Assembly (NCBI GenBank): GCA_038123275.1
Contig: JAYORG010000001.1
Location: forward strand, 358-64,357
Length of the DNA: 64,000 nucleotides
Direction of reading: 5' to 3'
DNA from: Rickettsiales bacterium
GTDB taxonomy: Bacteria; Pseudomonadota; Alphaproteobacteria; Rickettsiales; UBA1997
The position numbers were made by a program, and so were the translations under genes. Each line of letters starts with the position of its first letter. Within the stretch, counting starts at the first letter, position 1. The notes under the pieces were generated by a model. That model searched no databases. It saw only the letters and a list, made by a program, of their open reading frames with translations, and had not been told where the DNA came from. Below, in pieces: positions 13,193 through 23,265 of the stretch.

Positions 13193-14992
13193 ATGCGTCG
13201 CGATTATAGAAAAAATAAGCTATTTAATAGAAGAACAGTTATTTTAACCAGTATTAGATCCTTTTTAAGTGCTATATTAGTTGTTCGTTTAGGATATTTG
13301 CAACTTGGAAGACATAAGGAATATTCTACAAGGTCTGATAAAAATCGGATTAAAACAATTATTCAACCGTCTTTAAGGGGAATAATATTTGATCGCAATA
13401 ATAAATCTTTAGTTAATAATCGTAAAAACTACAGACTCCTTTTATATCTTGAAAATAAATCAAATGTTAAAAATACTATAGAAAAATTAGTAAAAATATT
13501 AGATTTAGATTCCAAAACTAAAAATAAATTACTAAAACGCATATCAGATGCTAGAAGAAAAAGTATTATTTCTCTAATAGATAATTTATCTTGGAATGAT
13601 TTGGCAAAAGTTGAGGTTAATTCATATAAATTGCCAGAGCTTTCAATTGAAAGTGCTCCAGTTAGATATTACCCATTTCCACTTGAAACAGCTCATTTAG
13701 TAGGATATGTATCTTTGCCTAGTGAGAAAGAAATTAATGCAGAGAATCAAAATCTTTTTATGCATCCAAATTTTAGAGTTGGCAAGAACGGTATTGAAAA
13801 AAGTTTTGATAAATATTTAAGAGGACAATTTGGTATAAAATATTCAGAAGTAAATGCTTTTGGTCTACCCTTAAGAGATATTTCTGCAATACCAAGTGTT
13901 AAGGGTGAAAGTTTAAGATTAACTATTAATATTGAATTACAGAGGTTTATTTTTGATAAAATTTCTAAATTAACTGCTTCTGTTGTTGTAATGGATGTTA
14001 AAACAGGTGAAATACTTGCTTTTAACTCGAGTCCATCTTTTAACATTAATAATTTTGTAGAAGGATTTAGTCAAGAATATTGGCAAAGCTTGATTGAAAA
14101 TGAAGGAAGGCCATTAAACAATAAACCGTTAACAGCAAATTATCCACCTGGATCAGTATTTAAGTTGATTGTTGCTTTGGCAGCTCTAGAACATGGAATT
14201 AATCCCAAGAAGAAGATAAGATGTAATGGCAAATATAGATTAGGCAAAAGAACTTTTCATTGCTGGAAAGAAAAAGGCCATGGTATTTTAGATATGGATA
14301 ATGCCATTAAGCATTCTTGCAATGTATATTTCTTTAATTTAGCCAAAGAATTAGGAATTGATAAAATAACAAAAATGGCCAGTAAATTTGGCTATGGACA
14401 ATCTTTTGATATTGACTTGCAAGAAGTAAAATCAGCTATATTACCATCTGACGGTTGGAAAAGAAAAGTATTTAATCAGCCTTGGGTTGGTGGTGATACT
14501 TTAAATTCTGCAATTGGTCAAGGTTTTATGTTGGCTTCCCCACTTCAAATTGCTGTAGCAACAGCTCGAATTGCCAATGGTGGTGTTGCTATTAATCCTT
14601 ATTTGGTAAAGGATTCTGATTCTTACACTCAATATGATAAATTGCAAAATAATAGGTTGGTTGAAGAAAAGCATTCTAGATATATTAGGGAAGCAATGTA
14701 TAAAGTAGTTAACGAGTCACAGGGAACTGCCTATCATAGTAGAATCAGAGATAAAAATTTTAAAATGTCCGGAAAAACTGGAACATCACAGGTTATTTCC
14801 AAAAGAGAAAAAGATATGACAGAAGCTGAAGTTAGAAAGAATAAAAATCATGCCATTTTTACTGCTTTTGCTCCTGCTAATGATCCCAAATATGCTATTA
14901 GCATAGTTGTTGAACATGGTGGATCAGGATCAGCAGCGGCAGCTCCTTTAGCTAAGGCAATATTAAAGGAAGCAAAAAGACTTGATACATAA
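13193..14992 (+). CDS. mrdA: penicillin-binding protein 2
   Basis: RGIIFDRN, YPPGSVFK, SCN, GKTGTSQV. Confidence 0.95.
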   Translation: MRRDYRKNKLFNRRTVILTSIRSFLSAILVVRLGYLQLGRHKEYSTRSDKNRIKTIIQPSLRGIIFDRNNKSLVNNRKNYRLLLYLENKSNVKNTIEKLVKILDLDSKTKNKLLKRISDARRKSIISLIDNLSWNDLAKVEVNSYKLPELSIESAPVRYYPFPLETAHLVGYVSLPSEKEINAENQNLFMHPNFRVGKNGIEKSFDKYLRGQFGIKYSEVNAFGLPLRDISAIPSVKGESLRLTINIELQRFIFDKISKLTASVVVMDVKTGEILAFNSSPSFNINNFVEGFSQEYWQSLIENEGRPLNNKPLTANYPPGSVFKLIVALAALEHGINPKKKIRCNGKYRLGKRTFHCWKEKGHGILDMDNAIKHSCNVYFFNLAKELGIDKITKMASKFGYGQSFDIDLQEVKSAILPSDGWKRKVFNQPWVGGDTLNSAIGQGFMLASPLQIAVATARIANGGVAINPYLVKDSDSYTQYDKLQNNRLVEEKHSRYIREAMYKVVNESQGTAYHSRIRDKNFKMSGKTGTSQVISKREKDMTEAEVRKNKNHAIFTAFAPANDPKYAISIVVEHGGSGSAAAAPLAKAILKEAKRLDT

Positions 14993-15134
14993 TAAATACT
15001 TTTATTTTGCAAAAAGGTCTTAAATTATTTCTTGATTGTAAAGAATAATAATCTTACAATTCGCCCTCTAATATTAACTAACAATGTCCATCTATATTTT
15101 TAGTTAATAATAAAATTACAACCCTAAGAATTAA

Positions 15135-16568
<1,434 letters not shown>

Positions 16569-16574
16569 TTTATA

Positions 16575-16835
16575 ATGGGTAAATCTGACAAACTTCATGT
16601 TGAAATAATTTCTCCAGCAGGCATTGTTTTTGATGACTATTGTCACATGGCTACAATTCCTGGAAATAATGGTGACCTTGGCATAATGTATGATCATGAG
16701 CCAATTTTAACTAGGTTACATGAAGGTAAAATTAGTATTTATAGTGATAATAATAATATCTTAAAAAACATTGAAATAACAGGTGGTTTCGCCCATAATG
16801 TTGAAGATAAATTATTAATTCTAATAGATAAATAA
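16575..16835 (+). CDS. atpC: F1 ATP synthase epsilon subunit (N-terminal beta-sandwich only)
   Basis: LHVEIISP...IPG..GDLGI...HEP...GGF; follows atpD. Confidence 0.88.
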   Translation: MGKSDKLHVEIISPAGIVFDDYCHMATIPGNNGDLGIMYDHEPILTRLHEGKISIYSDNNNILKNIEITGGFAHNVEDKLLILIDK

Positions 16836-17013
16836 TTCAACACTACCTCAGAAAATTACTTCTATTAACTAGTTTATTAATTAGTGAAAAGGGTTAATTT
16901 AATCTAACTGCTTCAAAAATTAACAGCTGCATTGAAAGATTCAAATAATAGTAGAAATTTAGTTTTTAAAAGGCAGAATAGCGAGGTCAAAATTATTTCT
17001 AAGTGTTAAATTT

Positions 17014-17226
17014 TTGCTTAAAAACTCTTTAAAAATGAAAAACAATATCATCTATTCAGTTTTATCTAGTTCTTTACTGTTTATGTCCTGCATTTCTCTT
17101 TTAAGTTTGCAGAATAACGATATTAAAATTCCCCAAGAAGAGGCAACTATCACACTTGATTTAAGGTATAAATTTAATATGAATTTAGCTGTAAAAGACA
17201 ATAAAACTTCTTTAAGTTCTAATTAA
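17014..17226 (+). CDS. small hypothetical protein with an N-terminal hydrophobic segment
   Basis: Fills the gap before xerD; likely start ATG 17035; no recognisable motif. Confidence 0.4.
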   Translation: MLKNSLKMKNNIIYSVLSSSLLFMSCISLLSLQNNDIKIPQEEATITLDLRYKFNMNLAVKDNKTSLSSN

Positions 17227-17250
17227 TTGTAACCTATAGCTGCTTTTAAA

Positions 17251-18231
17251 ATGAAAAATAGTGATTTAGATCTCATTATTAGCTTTCTTGAAATGCTTAA
17301 GGTTGAAAGTGGCTTAGCCAAAAACACCTTAGAGTCTTACAATCTTGATTTAAAATTATTTTTACGTTTTATTCAGGAAAAAAAGAAGAATTTTGTAAAA
17401 GTAGATGAAGAATTAATCAAATTATATTTAAATAAAATATATGAAGAGGGTATTTCTGCTAGTTCTGCCTCACGTAAAATATCAACTTTAAAAAGATTCT
17501 TTGCTTTTTTAGAGTTAGAGTCACACATAAAATTAAATCCTGCAATTAATTTGGTTAAACCTAAGGAAGATGAGAAATTGCCTAAAGTGTTGAGTGAAAA
17601 GGAAGTTGTTGTGTTAATTAAAACCATCAATAAAGATAAATCAGATTTTGGCACAAGACTCTCTTGTATGCTTGAGGTTATGTATGCTTCTGGCTTAAGA
17701 GTATCAGAGTTAGTTTCATTACCAATGTCATCTATTCAACAAAATGACAAAGGAATTAAGAGTTATTTATTAGTAAGTGGTAAAGGCAATAAAGAAAGAA
17801 TAGCTCCTCTTAATTCATCATCTTTAGTAATTTTAAAAAACTACTTAGCATTACGAGAAAGATTAGGTCAAAAAAATTCTAAATGGTTATTTTGTGGTAA
17901 TTTCAGGGCTAGTAAAGAAATGAACTTGCAAAAAAATATTAGAAAGTTTGATGTTATTGATAAACATATCACCAGACAAAGATTCCATCAAATGCTTAAA
18001 GAATTAGCTGTTAATGCAGGGGTTGATAAAGATAAAGTTTCTCCACATATTATCAGACATTCTTTTGCAACTCACTTACTAAATAGAGGAGCAGACTTAA
18101 GAATGTTACAAGAATTATTGGGTCATAGTGATATTTCTACTACTCAAATATACACCCACATTATGGATTCAAAATTAAAGGAATTAGTAACAAATAAGCA
18201 TCCTTTATCCAAAATAAGATCTACTTCTTAA
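17251..18231 (+). CDS. xerD: tyrosine recombinase XerD
   Basis: YASGLRVSEL, GKGNKER, TRQ, HIIRHSFATHLL, LLGHSDISTTQIYTH. Confidence 0.92.
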   Translation: MKNSDLDLIISFLEMLKVESGLAKNTLESYNLDLKLFLRFIQEKKKNFVKVDEELIKLYLNKIYEEGISASSASRKISTLKRFFAFLELESHIKLNPAINLVKPKEDEKLPKVLSEKEVVVLIKTINKDKSDFGTRLSCMLEVMYASGLRVSELVSLPMSSIQQNDKGIKSYLLVSGKGNKERIAPLNSSSLVILKNYLALRERLGQKNSKWLFCGNFRASKEMNLQKNIRKFDVIDKHITRQRFHQMLKELAVNAGVDKDKVSPHIIRHSFATHLLNRGADLRMLQELLGHSDISTTQIYTHIMDSKLKELVTNKHPLSKIRSTS

Positions 18232-19073
18232 TAGATCTTCCATTTTTTATTAAGATATTCAACTACATCATCAACTTCATCATCAGTTAAAGCTTTATCA
18301 TACATAATAATCTCACCAAGGGCGCCATTAGTAAAAATAGATGTACCTCCCCTTGATCCTATATACAACGTATCTATGACAATACTATTTTCTGCATCTG
18401 AATCAGCTGTATTAGTAAAAGAATTATTATTAAGTTTATAAGATATATTAGTGCCATCATAACGCATTGTACCAATTCCTATATCAGAACCAAACCATCC
18501 AGAGTTTACGGTAGCTGTACTATCACCACTTCTTTTAACTCTTCCAGGATAGGTGTCTCCATGTCCATAAAAATAAAAACCATTATTAGAAGTAGTAGTA
18601 GCGCTGTGTTCAATGGCAAAACTTTCAGATGATGTATTGGAAAAATCTCCTACAACAAATAAGGTCATATAAGCATTAGCAGCAAAATTATCAATTTGCA
18701 AGAAGTCATCAATGCCATTAAAACTAACTCCTGGTAGTTTATTTAGAGCATCTTCGTCATAAGTTGGTTTATTAGTAGGAGAAGTTGCAATATAAGAATC
18801 TAGATGAGAATCCTTGATATCATTCCAATTAGTAACTTCATCACCATCTTCAACATATTCATCATCAAAGCTATCAACAGAGGTTGATTCTAGCCATAAA
18901 ATCATACCATCTATATCTTTAGCAATAGAAGATTTAGTAATATTCCTAGCAGCATTAATTCTAGCCACTTGCAATATTTGAGAAGAGCTAATAGTTATTG
19001 AAATTAGAACCGAGATTACAATTAAAATAACTGAAATCTCTATTAAAGAAAAAGCTTTCTTCTTTTTATTCAT
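18228..19073 (-). CDS. type IV pilin-like protein (prepilin cleavage/methylation motif) with C-terminal LamG/ConA-like domain
   Basis: MNKKKKA/FSLIEISVILIVISVLI prepilin signature; LWLES, PGVSFNGIDD, LYIG...FTNGALGEIIMYDKALT...YLNKKW. Confidence 0.8.
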   Translation of the reverse strand: MNKKKKAFSLIEISVILIVISVLISITISSSQILQVARINAARNITKSSIAKDIDGMILWLESTSVDSFDDEYVEDGDEVTNWNDIKDSHLDSYIATSPTNKPTYDEDALNKLPGVSFNGIDDFLQIDNFAANAYMTLFVVGDFSNTSSESFAIEHSATTTSNNGFYFYGHGDTYPGRVKRSGDSTATVNSGWFGSDIGIGTMRYDGTNISYKLNNNSFTNTADSDAENSIVIDTLYIGSRGGTSIFTNGALGEIIMYDKALTDDEVDDVVEYLNKKWKIY

Positions 19074-19353
19074 TTCTGGTAGAATCATTAGGAATGATGT
19101 TATCTTTATTTTCTTCTTCAATAATTACATCTTCAATAATAACATCATCTTGAATATCAACTTCTTGATTTAGAGTTTCCCCCTCATCATTATTTTTGAT
19201 ATCTTTTTTTATTTCATGAAAAGGTATTTCTTGCTCTTTAGCTTCAAAAAGCCAGTTAGCAACACCTCTGGTTTGTTCGGAATATCTCACACCAGAAAGA
19301 AAAGCAAATGCTAGTAAAACTACGTAGAATATTAACTTGATTGAAATGATCAT
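19066..19353 (-). CDS. hypothetical protein (N-terminal TM, acidic tail)
   Basis: ORF downstream of pdhC overlapping the pilin start. Confidence 0.6.
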   Translation of the reverse strand: MIISIKLIFYVVLLAFAFLSGVRYSEQTRGVANWLFEAKEQEIPFHEIKKDIKNNDEGETLNQEVDIQDDVIIEDVIIEEENKDNIIPNDSTRNE

Positions 19354-19370
19354 TTTTAATTATTTTAAAT

Positions 19371-20648
19371 TTATATTAACATTGTAATTGGGTTTTGTAT
19401 GATTGTTTTAAGTGCACTCAAAAACTCTGCTCCAACAGCACCATCAACACTACGGTGATCGCAAGAAAGACTTGCATACATAATATGTCCAATCTCAATT
19501 TTATCATCTTTAATGATTGGCTTTTTAACACCAGCACCAACTGCTAAAATACAGCTTTGCGGCGGGTTAACAATAGCATTAAAACTGTCAATTCCATACA
19601 TGCCAAGATTAGAAATACTAAAACCACCACCCTGGAACTCTTCTGGTTGTAATTTACCATCACGCGCTTTTTTAATCAAAGTTTTCATCTCATTTGAAAT
19701 TTCAATGATTGATTTTTGATCAGCATTTTTAACAATTGGTGTAATTAAACCATCAGGTGCTGCAACTGCTACTGATATATCAATGTTATTATAAAGTGCA
19801 ATTGCATCTTCATACCAAGAGCTATTAGCAGCAGGAACTTTTTTCAAAGCTAATGCAACAGCTTTAATAACTAAATCATTAACTGATACTTTGTAAGAAG
19901 GTTTGCCATCAATTACTAAGGCATTGTCATTTAGATCTTTTCTAAGCTCTAGTAATTTGTCTATTTGAATATCTAAATTAAGATAAAAATGCGGAACAGT
20001 TAATTTTGATTCTAATAATCTTTGAGCAATAATTTTTCTAACATTACCATTTTGTTGTAATTCAAATTCCTGAGGGTTCCTTTGAATAACTCCAGATTTA
20101 TTACCTTGACCAAGATTTATTAGATCTTCTTTTATAATTCTTCCATTTGGCCCAGTTCCAGAAATATTGCTAATATCTATATTTTGCTGTGCTGCAATTT
20201 TTTTAGCAACAGGGCTGGCAGTTACTTTTTTATTATTTTTATTAACAGAAATTGGTGGAGCTATTGGTGCTTGCTTAACTACTTTAGGAATTTCAACTTT
20301 TGGGGCTTGGGTTTTTGCAGCTTCTTTTACAACTTCTTCCTTTGGAGCTTGCTTTGTATTATCATTTTGAGCAATTTTATAAGAATCAAGGCTAGATTTC
20401 TTTTCGCCATCTTCCAAAATTAAAGCAATTAAAGAATTAACAGCAACATTTTGGGTACCGTCTTTGATGATTATTTTACCCAAAATTCCTTCATCAACAG
20501 CCTCAACTTCCATTGTAGCTTTATCAGTCTCAATTTCAGCAATTACATCACCAGCAGCAACATTATCACCTTCCTTTTTAAGCCATTTGGCTAAATTTCC
20601 TTCTTTCATTGTTGGGGAAAGAGCAGGCATTAAAACTTCAATTGGCAT
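19371..20648 (-). CDS. pdhC: pyruvate dehydrogenase E2 dihydrolipoamide acetyltransferase
   Basis: MPALSPTM, ETDKA lipoyl motif, ASPVAKK E3-binding region, DHRSVDG. Confidence 0.97.
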   Translation of the reverse strand: MPIEVLMPALSPTMKEGNLAKWLKKEGDNVAAGDVIAEIETDKATMEVEAVDEGILGKIIIKDGTQNVAVNSLIALILEDGEKKSSLDSYKIAQNDNTKQAPKEEVVKEAAKTQAPKVEIPKVVKQAPIAPPISVNKNNKKVTASPVAKKIAAQQNIDISNISGTGPNGRIIKEDLINLGQGNKSGVIQRNPQEFELQQNGNVRKIIAQRLLESKLTVPHFYLNLDIQIDKLLELRKDLNDNALVIDGKPSYKVSVNDLVIKAVALALKKVPAANSSWYEDAIALYNNIDISVAVAAPDGLITPIVKNADQKSIIEISNEMKTLIKKARDGKLQPEEFQGGGFSISNLGMYGIDSFNAIVNPPQSCILAVGAGVKKPIIKDDKIEIGHIMYASLSCDHRSVDGAVGAEFLSALKTIIQNPITMLI

Positions 20649-20752
20649 AGTATTTTTATTTTATTAGAACAATAATTGTCAGATATTATTGTCTTGAGAT
20701 TAAAATGTCTAGAACATAAATTGATTGTGACTATTAATATTTAAACAAAGTA

Positions 20753-21421
20753 ATGAATCAAATTCCAAAGGCAATTATTTTTGATTGGGACAATACCCTA
20801 ATTGATACTTGGCCATTAATTCAAGATGCTATCGATGAGACAATGGTTAGCATGGGAAAAGAGCCATGGGGCTTGGAAAAAGTCAAAAAGAATGTTCATC
20901 AATCAATGCGTGAATCATTTCCAAAGATTTTTGGAGATGATTGGCAAAAGGCTGGGAAAATCTATAAAGATAGCTATCATAAAAATCATCTTGAAAATTT
21001 AATTATGATTAAAAATTCTCTAGATTTACTAAATAAAGCCAATGATCTAGGAATAATATTATTTGTAGTTAGCAATAAACAAGGTCCAACATTAAGGAAT
21101 GAAGCTAGTCATTTAGAAATAAAAGATAAATTTTTTACTCTAGTTGGTGCTCATGATGCTCTTTATGATAAGCCAGATAAAGCACCTGTTGATTTAGCTT
21201 TAGAGGGTAGTGATCTAGACCCCAAGAAAGATCTAATATGGTTTATCGGAGATAGCTATATTGACATTGAATGTGCACTTAATTCTGGATGTCAGCCAGT
21301 TTTATTTAATAAGAGTAATGATTTATCGCAAGATTTAACAAGAAGAATAAAAGAAGTTCCAAATAAGCCACTTCTTCATTTTGCCAATCATCAAGATATT
21401 ATTAGCTATCTAGAAAGTTAG
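20753..21421 (+). CDS. HAD-family hydrolase (phosphoglycolate phosphatase-like)
   Basis: IFDWDNTL, VSNK, KP, IGDSYID. Confidence 0.88.
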   Translation: MNQIPKAIIFDWDNTLIDTWPLIQDAIDETMVSMGKEPWGLEKVKKNVHQSMRESFPKIFGDDWQKAGKIYKDSYHKNHLENLIMIKNSLDLLNKANDLGIILFVVSNKQGPTLRNEASHLEIKDKFFTLVGAHDALYDKPDKAPVDLALEGSDLDPKKDLIWFIGDSYIDIECALNSGCQPVLFNKSNDLSQDLTRRIKEVPNKPLLHFANHQDIISYLES

Positions 21422-22158
21422 TGTGCTTTTGTGACTTCACCTAGATATGCACAAACTAATATAGCAAAAATATAGGATTGCAATACGGCAACGAATAACT
21501 CAAAGCCTGTCATAATAATAGCAAATGCCATTGGTAAAATTCCAAAAATTACCCCAAGGCTAATAATAAAAGTTGCTACTACTTTTAACAAAACATGTCC
21601 AGCAACAATATTTGCAAATAAACGAACAGACAGTGTAACTGGTCTAATTAAAAATGAGAAAAATTCAATTAAAAATATTATTGGAGCCATCCACCAAGGC
21701 ACCCCTGATGGCAAAAACATATGAATAAATCCTCCAATACCATTTCTAACAATAGCAAAAATAGTTATTGTCAAGAAGCAAATCATTGCCAAAGTGAAAG
21801 TAATAGCAACATGACTAGTAGCTGTAAAGCTATAAGGAGTCATGCCTAAAATATTACACATTAAAATAAAGCTAAACAGACTAAAAACTAGGGGGAAGAA
21901 CTTTTTTCCTTCACTTCCAAGGCTAGAAGTAACCATATTATTTAAGAAGCCATAGATTGATTCAGCTATTACTTGTAATCTTCCTGGAATAACTGCTTTT
22001 TTACGAGTAGCAAATAGTAGGAAAGAAATAGCAATAAAAGTACCTATTACCATGTAAAGAGAAGAGTTAGTAAAGCTCAAATCAAGACCACCAACTTCAA
22101 TGTCAACTAGGTTTTTAATTTTAAACTGATCTAAAGGACTATGAGAATCTGCCGACAT
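21418..22158 (-). CDS. atpB: F0 ATP synthase subunit a
   Basis: SPLDQF, FTNSSL, RPVTLSVRLFANIVAGH, ELFVAVLQSYIF. Confidence 0.97.
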   Translation of the reverse strand: MSADSHSPLDQFKIKNLVDIEVGGLDLSFTNSSLYMVIGTFIAISFLLFATRKKAVIPGRLQVIAESIYGFLNNMVTSSLGSEGKKFFPLVFSLFSFILMCNILGMTPYSFTATSHVAITFTLAMICFLTITIFAIVRNGIGGFIHMFLPSGVPWWMAPIIFLIEFFSFLIRPVTLSVRLFANIVAGHVLLKVVATFIISLGVIFGILPMAFAIIMTGFELFVAVLQSYIFAILVCAYLGEVTKAH

Positions 22159-22266
22159 TCTATAAATTTGTGTGTTAATTTAAATTAAGAGCTTTTAAAA
22201 TTCACAAAAAATAACAAAAAGTCAATGATTATTTTTGGTATTTATTTTATATTTATATTTTGGTGA

Positions 22267-22336
22267 CATCCCTGACGGGATGGGGTCAGTGTTTACTCTG
22301 ACCCCCTCGCTTATGTGGAGAATCCGGGATGTTGTA
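22267..22336 (+). repeat. palindromic repeat family 2, copy B
   Basis: catccc-tgac-gggatg hairpin, ggggtcag...ctgacccc hairpin, tail cttatgtggagaatccgggatg. Confidence 0.8.
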
Positions 22337-22401
22337 AGTATGGTGTTGGTATGATGGAAGTTTGCAGTTGTGGGGAGATTGTGTAGTATTAAACATCTTA
22401 G

Positions 22402-22443
22402 ATGTTGATACCTGGCTTCGCCACTACAATAAGGGGTTAAAGC
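22402..22443 (-). repeat. palindromic repeat family 2, partial copy D (inverted relative to B)
   Basis: Reverse complement ctttaaccccttattgtagtggcgaagccagg; the 16-mer caataaggggttaaag is shared with the copy at 53271-53340. Confidence 0.65.
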
Positions 22444-22686
22444 AAAAAAGTTATGAACTTTTGGTTCATGACTTTTTAGTCATTGACCCCGCCCAAGTCA
22501 CGGGGCAAGTATTAAAGAATTTACGTTACGTGACAAAGAAATAAAGTAAATAATTTATGACAAAATTCATTATGAAAAAAAACAAAAAAGATATTTTGTC
22601 ATATGGGTACCCGCAAGGCGGGTCGCCACTAATGTGGCGTAAAATTAGCATTAACCTTTGGTTAATGTGAAACAAACCAAACAAAA

Positions 22687-23196
22687 ATGCTAAAATTATT
22701 ACTACACATTATAATAATATCTAACCTTTCTATTGCAACTCTATTAGCTCAAGAATCTCAAGATAAAGGAGAGTTTCATGGTCAGTATGTTGAATGGTCT
22801 TTATTTAGCAATAAACAAGGTAGTAAAATAATTTGCTATATGACTGCTATTCCTTTTAAAAAATCAGGAAATGCCTATAATCGCGGTGAGTCATATATAA
22901 TAGTGACTAAAACCAAAGAAAAATTACCAGAAATTAGCATTGCTGCTGGTTATTATTATAAAAAGAATTCTCAGGTTGAACTATCTTTTGGTCTTAAAAA
23001 ATTTAGCATGTTAACCTATAAAGATCAGTCTTGGACTTATTCAATAGATGATGATATCGAAATAATTAAGGCTATGAGAAATAGTGATGACGTAGTAATT
23101 TCAACAATTTCTGCCCAAAATAAAACTTCTACAGATAGCTATTCTTTGACTGGTTTTGATAGAGCTTACCAGGAATTACAAAAAATCTGTAAATAG
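22687..23196 (+). CDS. secreted IalB (invasion-associated locus B)-like protein
   Basis: Signal peptide; W.....CY...P, GY.Y, D.YSLTGF..AY.....C pattern. Confidence 0.7.
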   Translation: MLKLLLHIIIISNLSIATLLAQESQDKGEFHGQYVEWSLFSNKQGSKIICYMTAIPFKKSGNAYNRGESYIIVTKTKEKLPEISIAAGYYYKKNSQVELSFGLKKFSMLTYKDQSWTYSIDDDIEIIKAMRNSDDVVISTISAQNKTSTDSYSLTGFDRAYQELQKICK

Positions 23197-23265
23197 ACTT
23201 GAAAAGCTTTTAAAAAATATTATCTAATTTTTTATAAGTTTTTTAATAATTACTAAAAATCAATA

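Noticed and set aside
17251-18231. Prophage or integron integrase
   Set aside because: The motifs fit chromosomal XerD, the neighbours are housekeeping genes, and there are no phage genes or cassette array.
22362-22544. 60-aa ORF in the atpB spacer
   Set aside because: TTG start, runs through palindromic repeats, and has no protein-like features.
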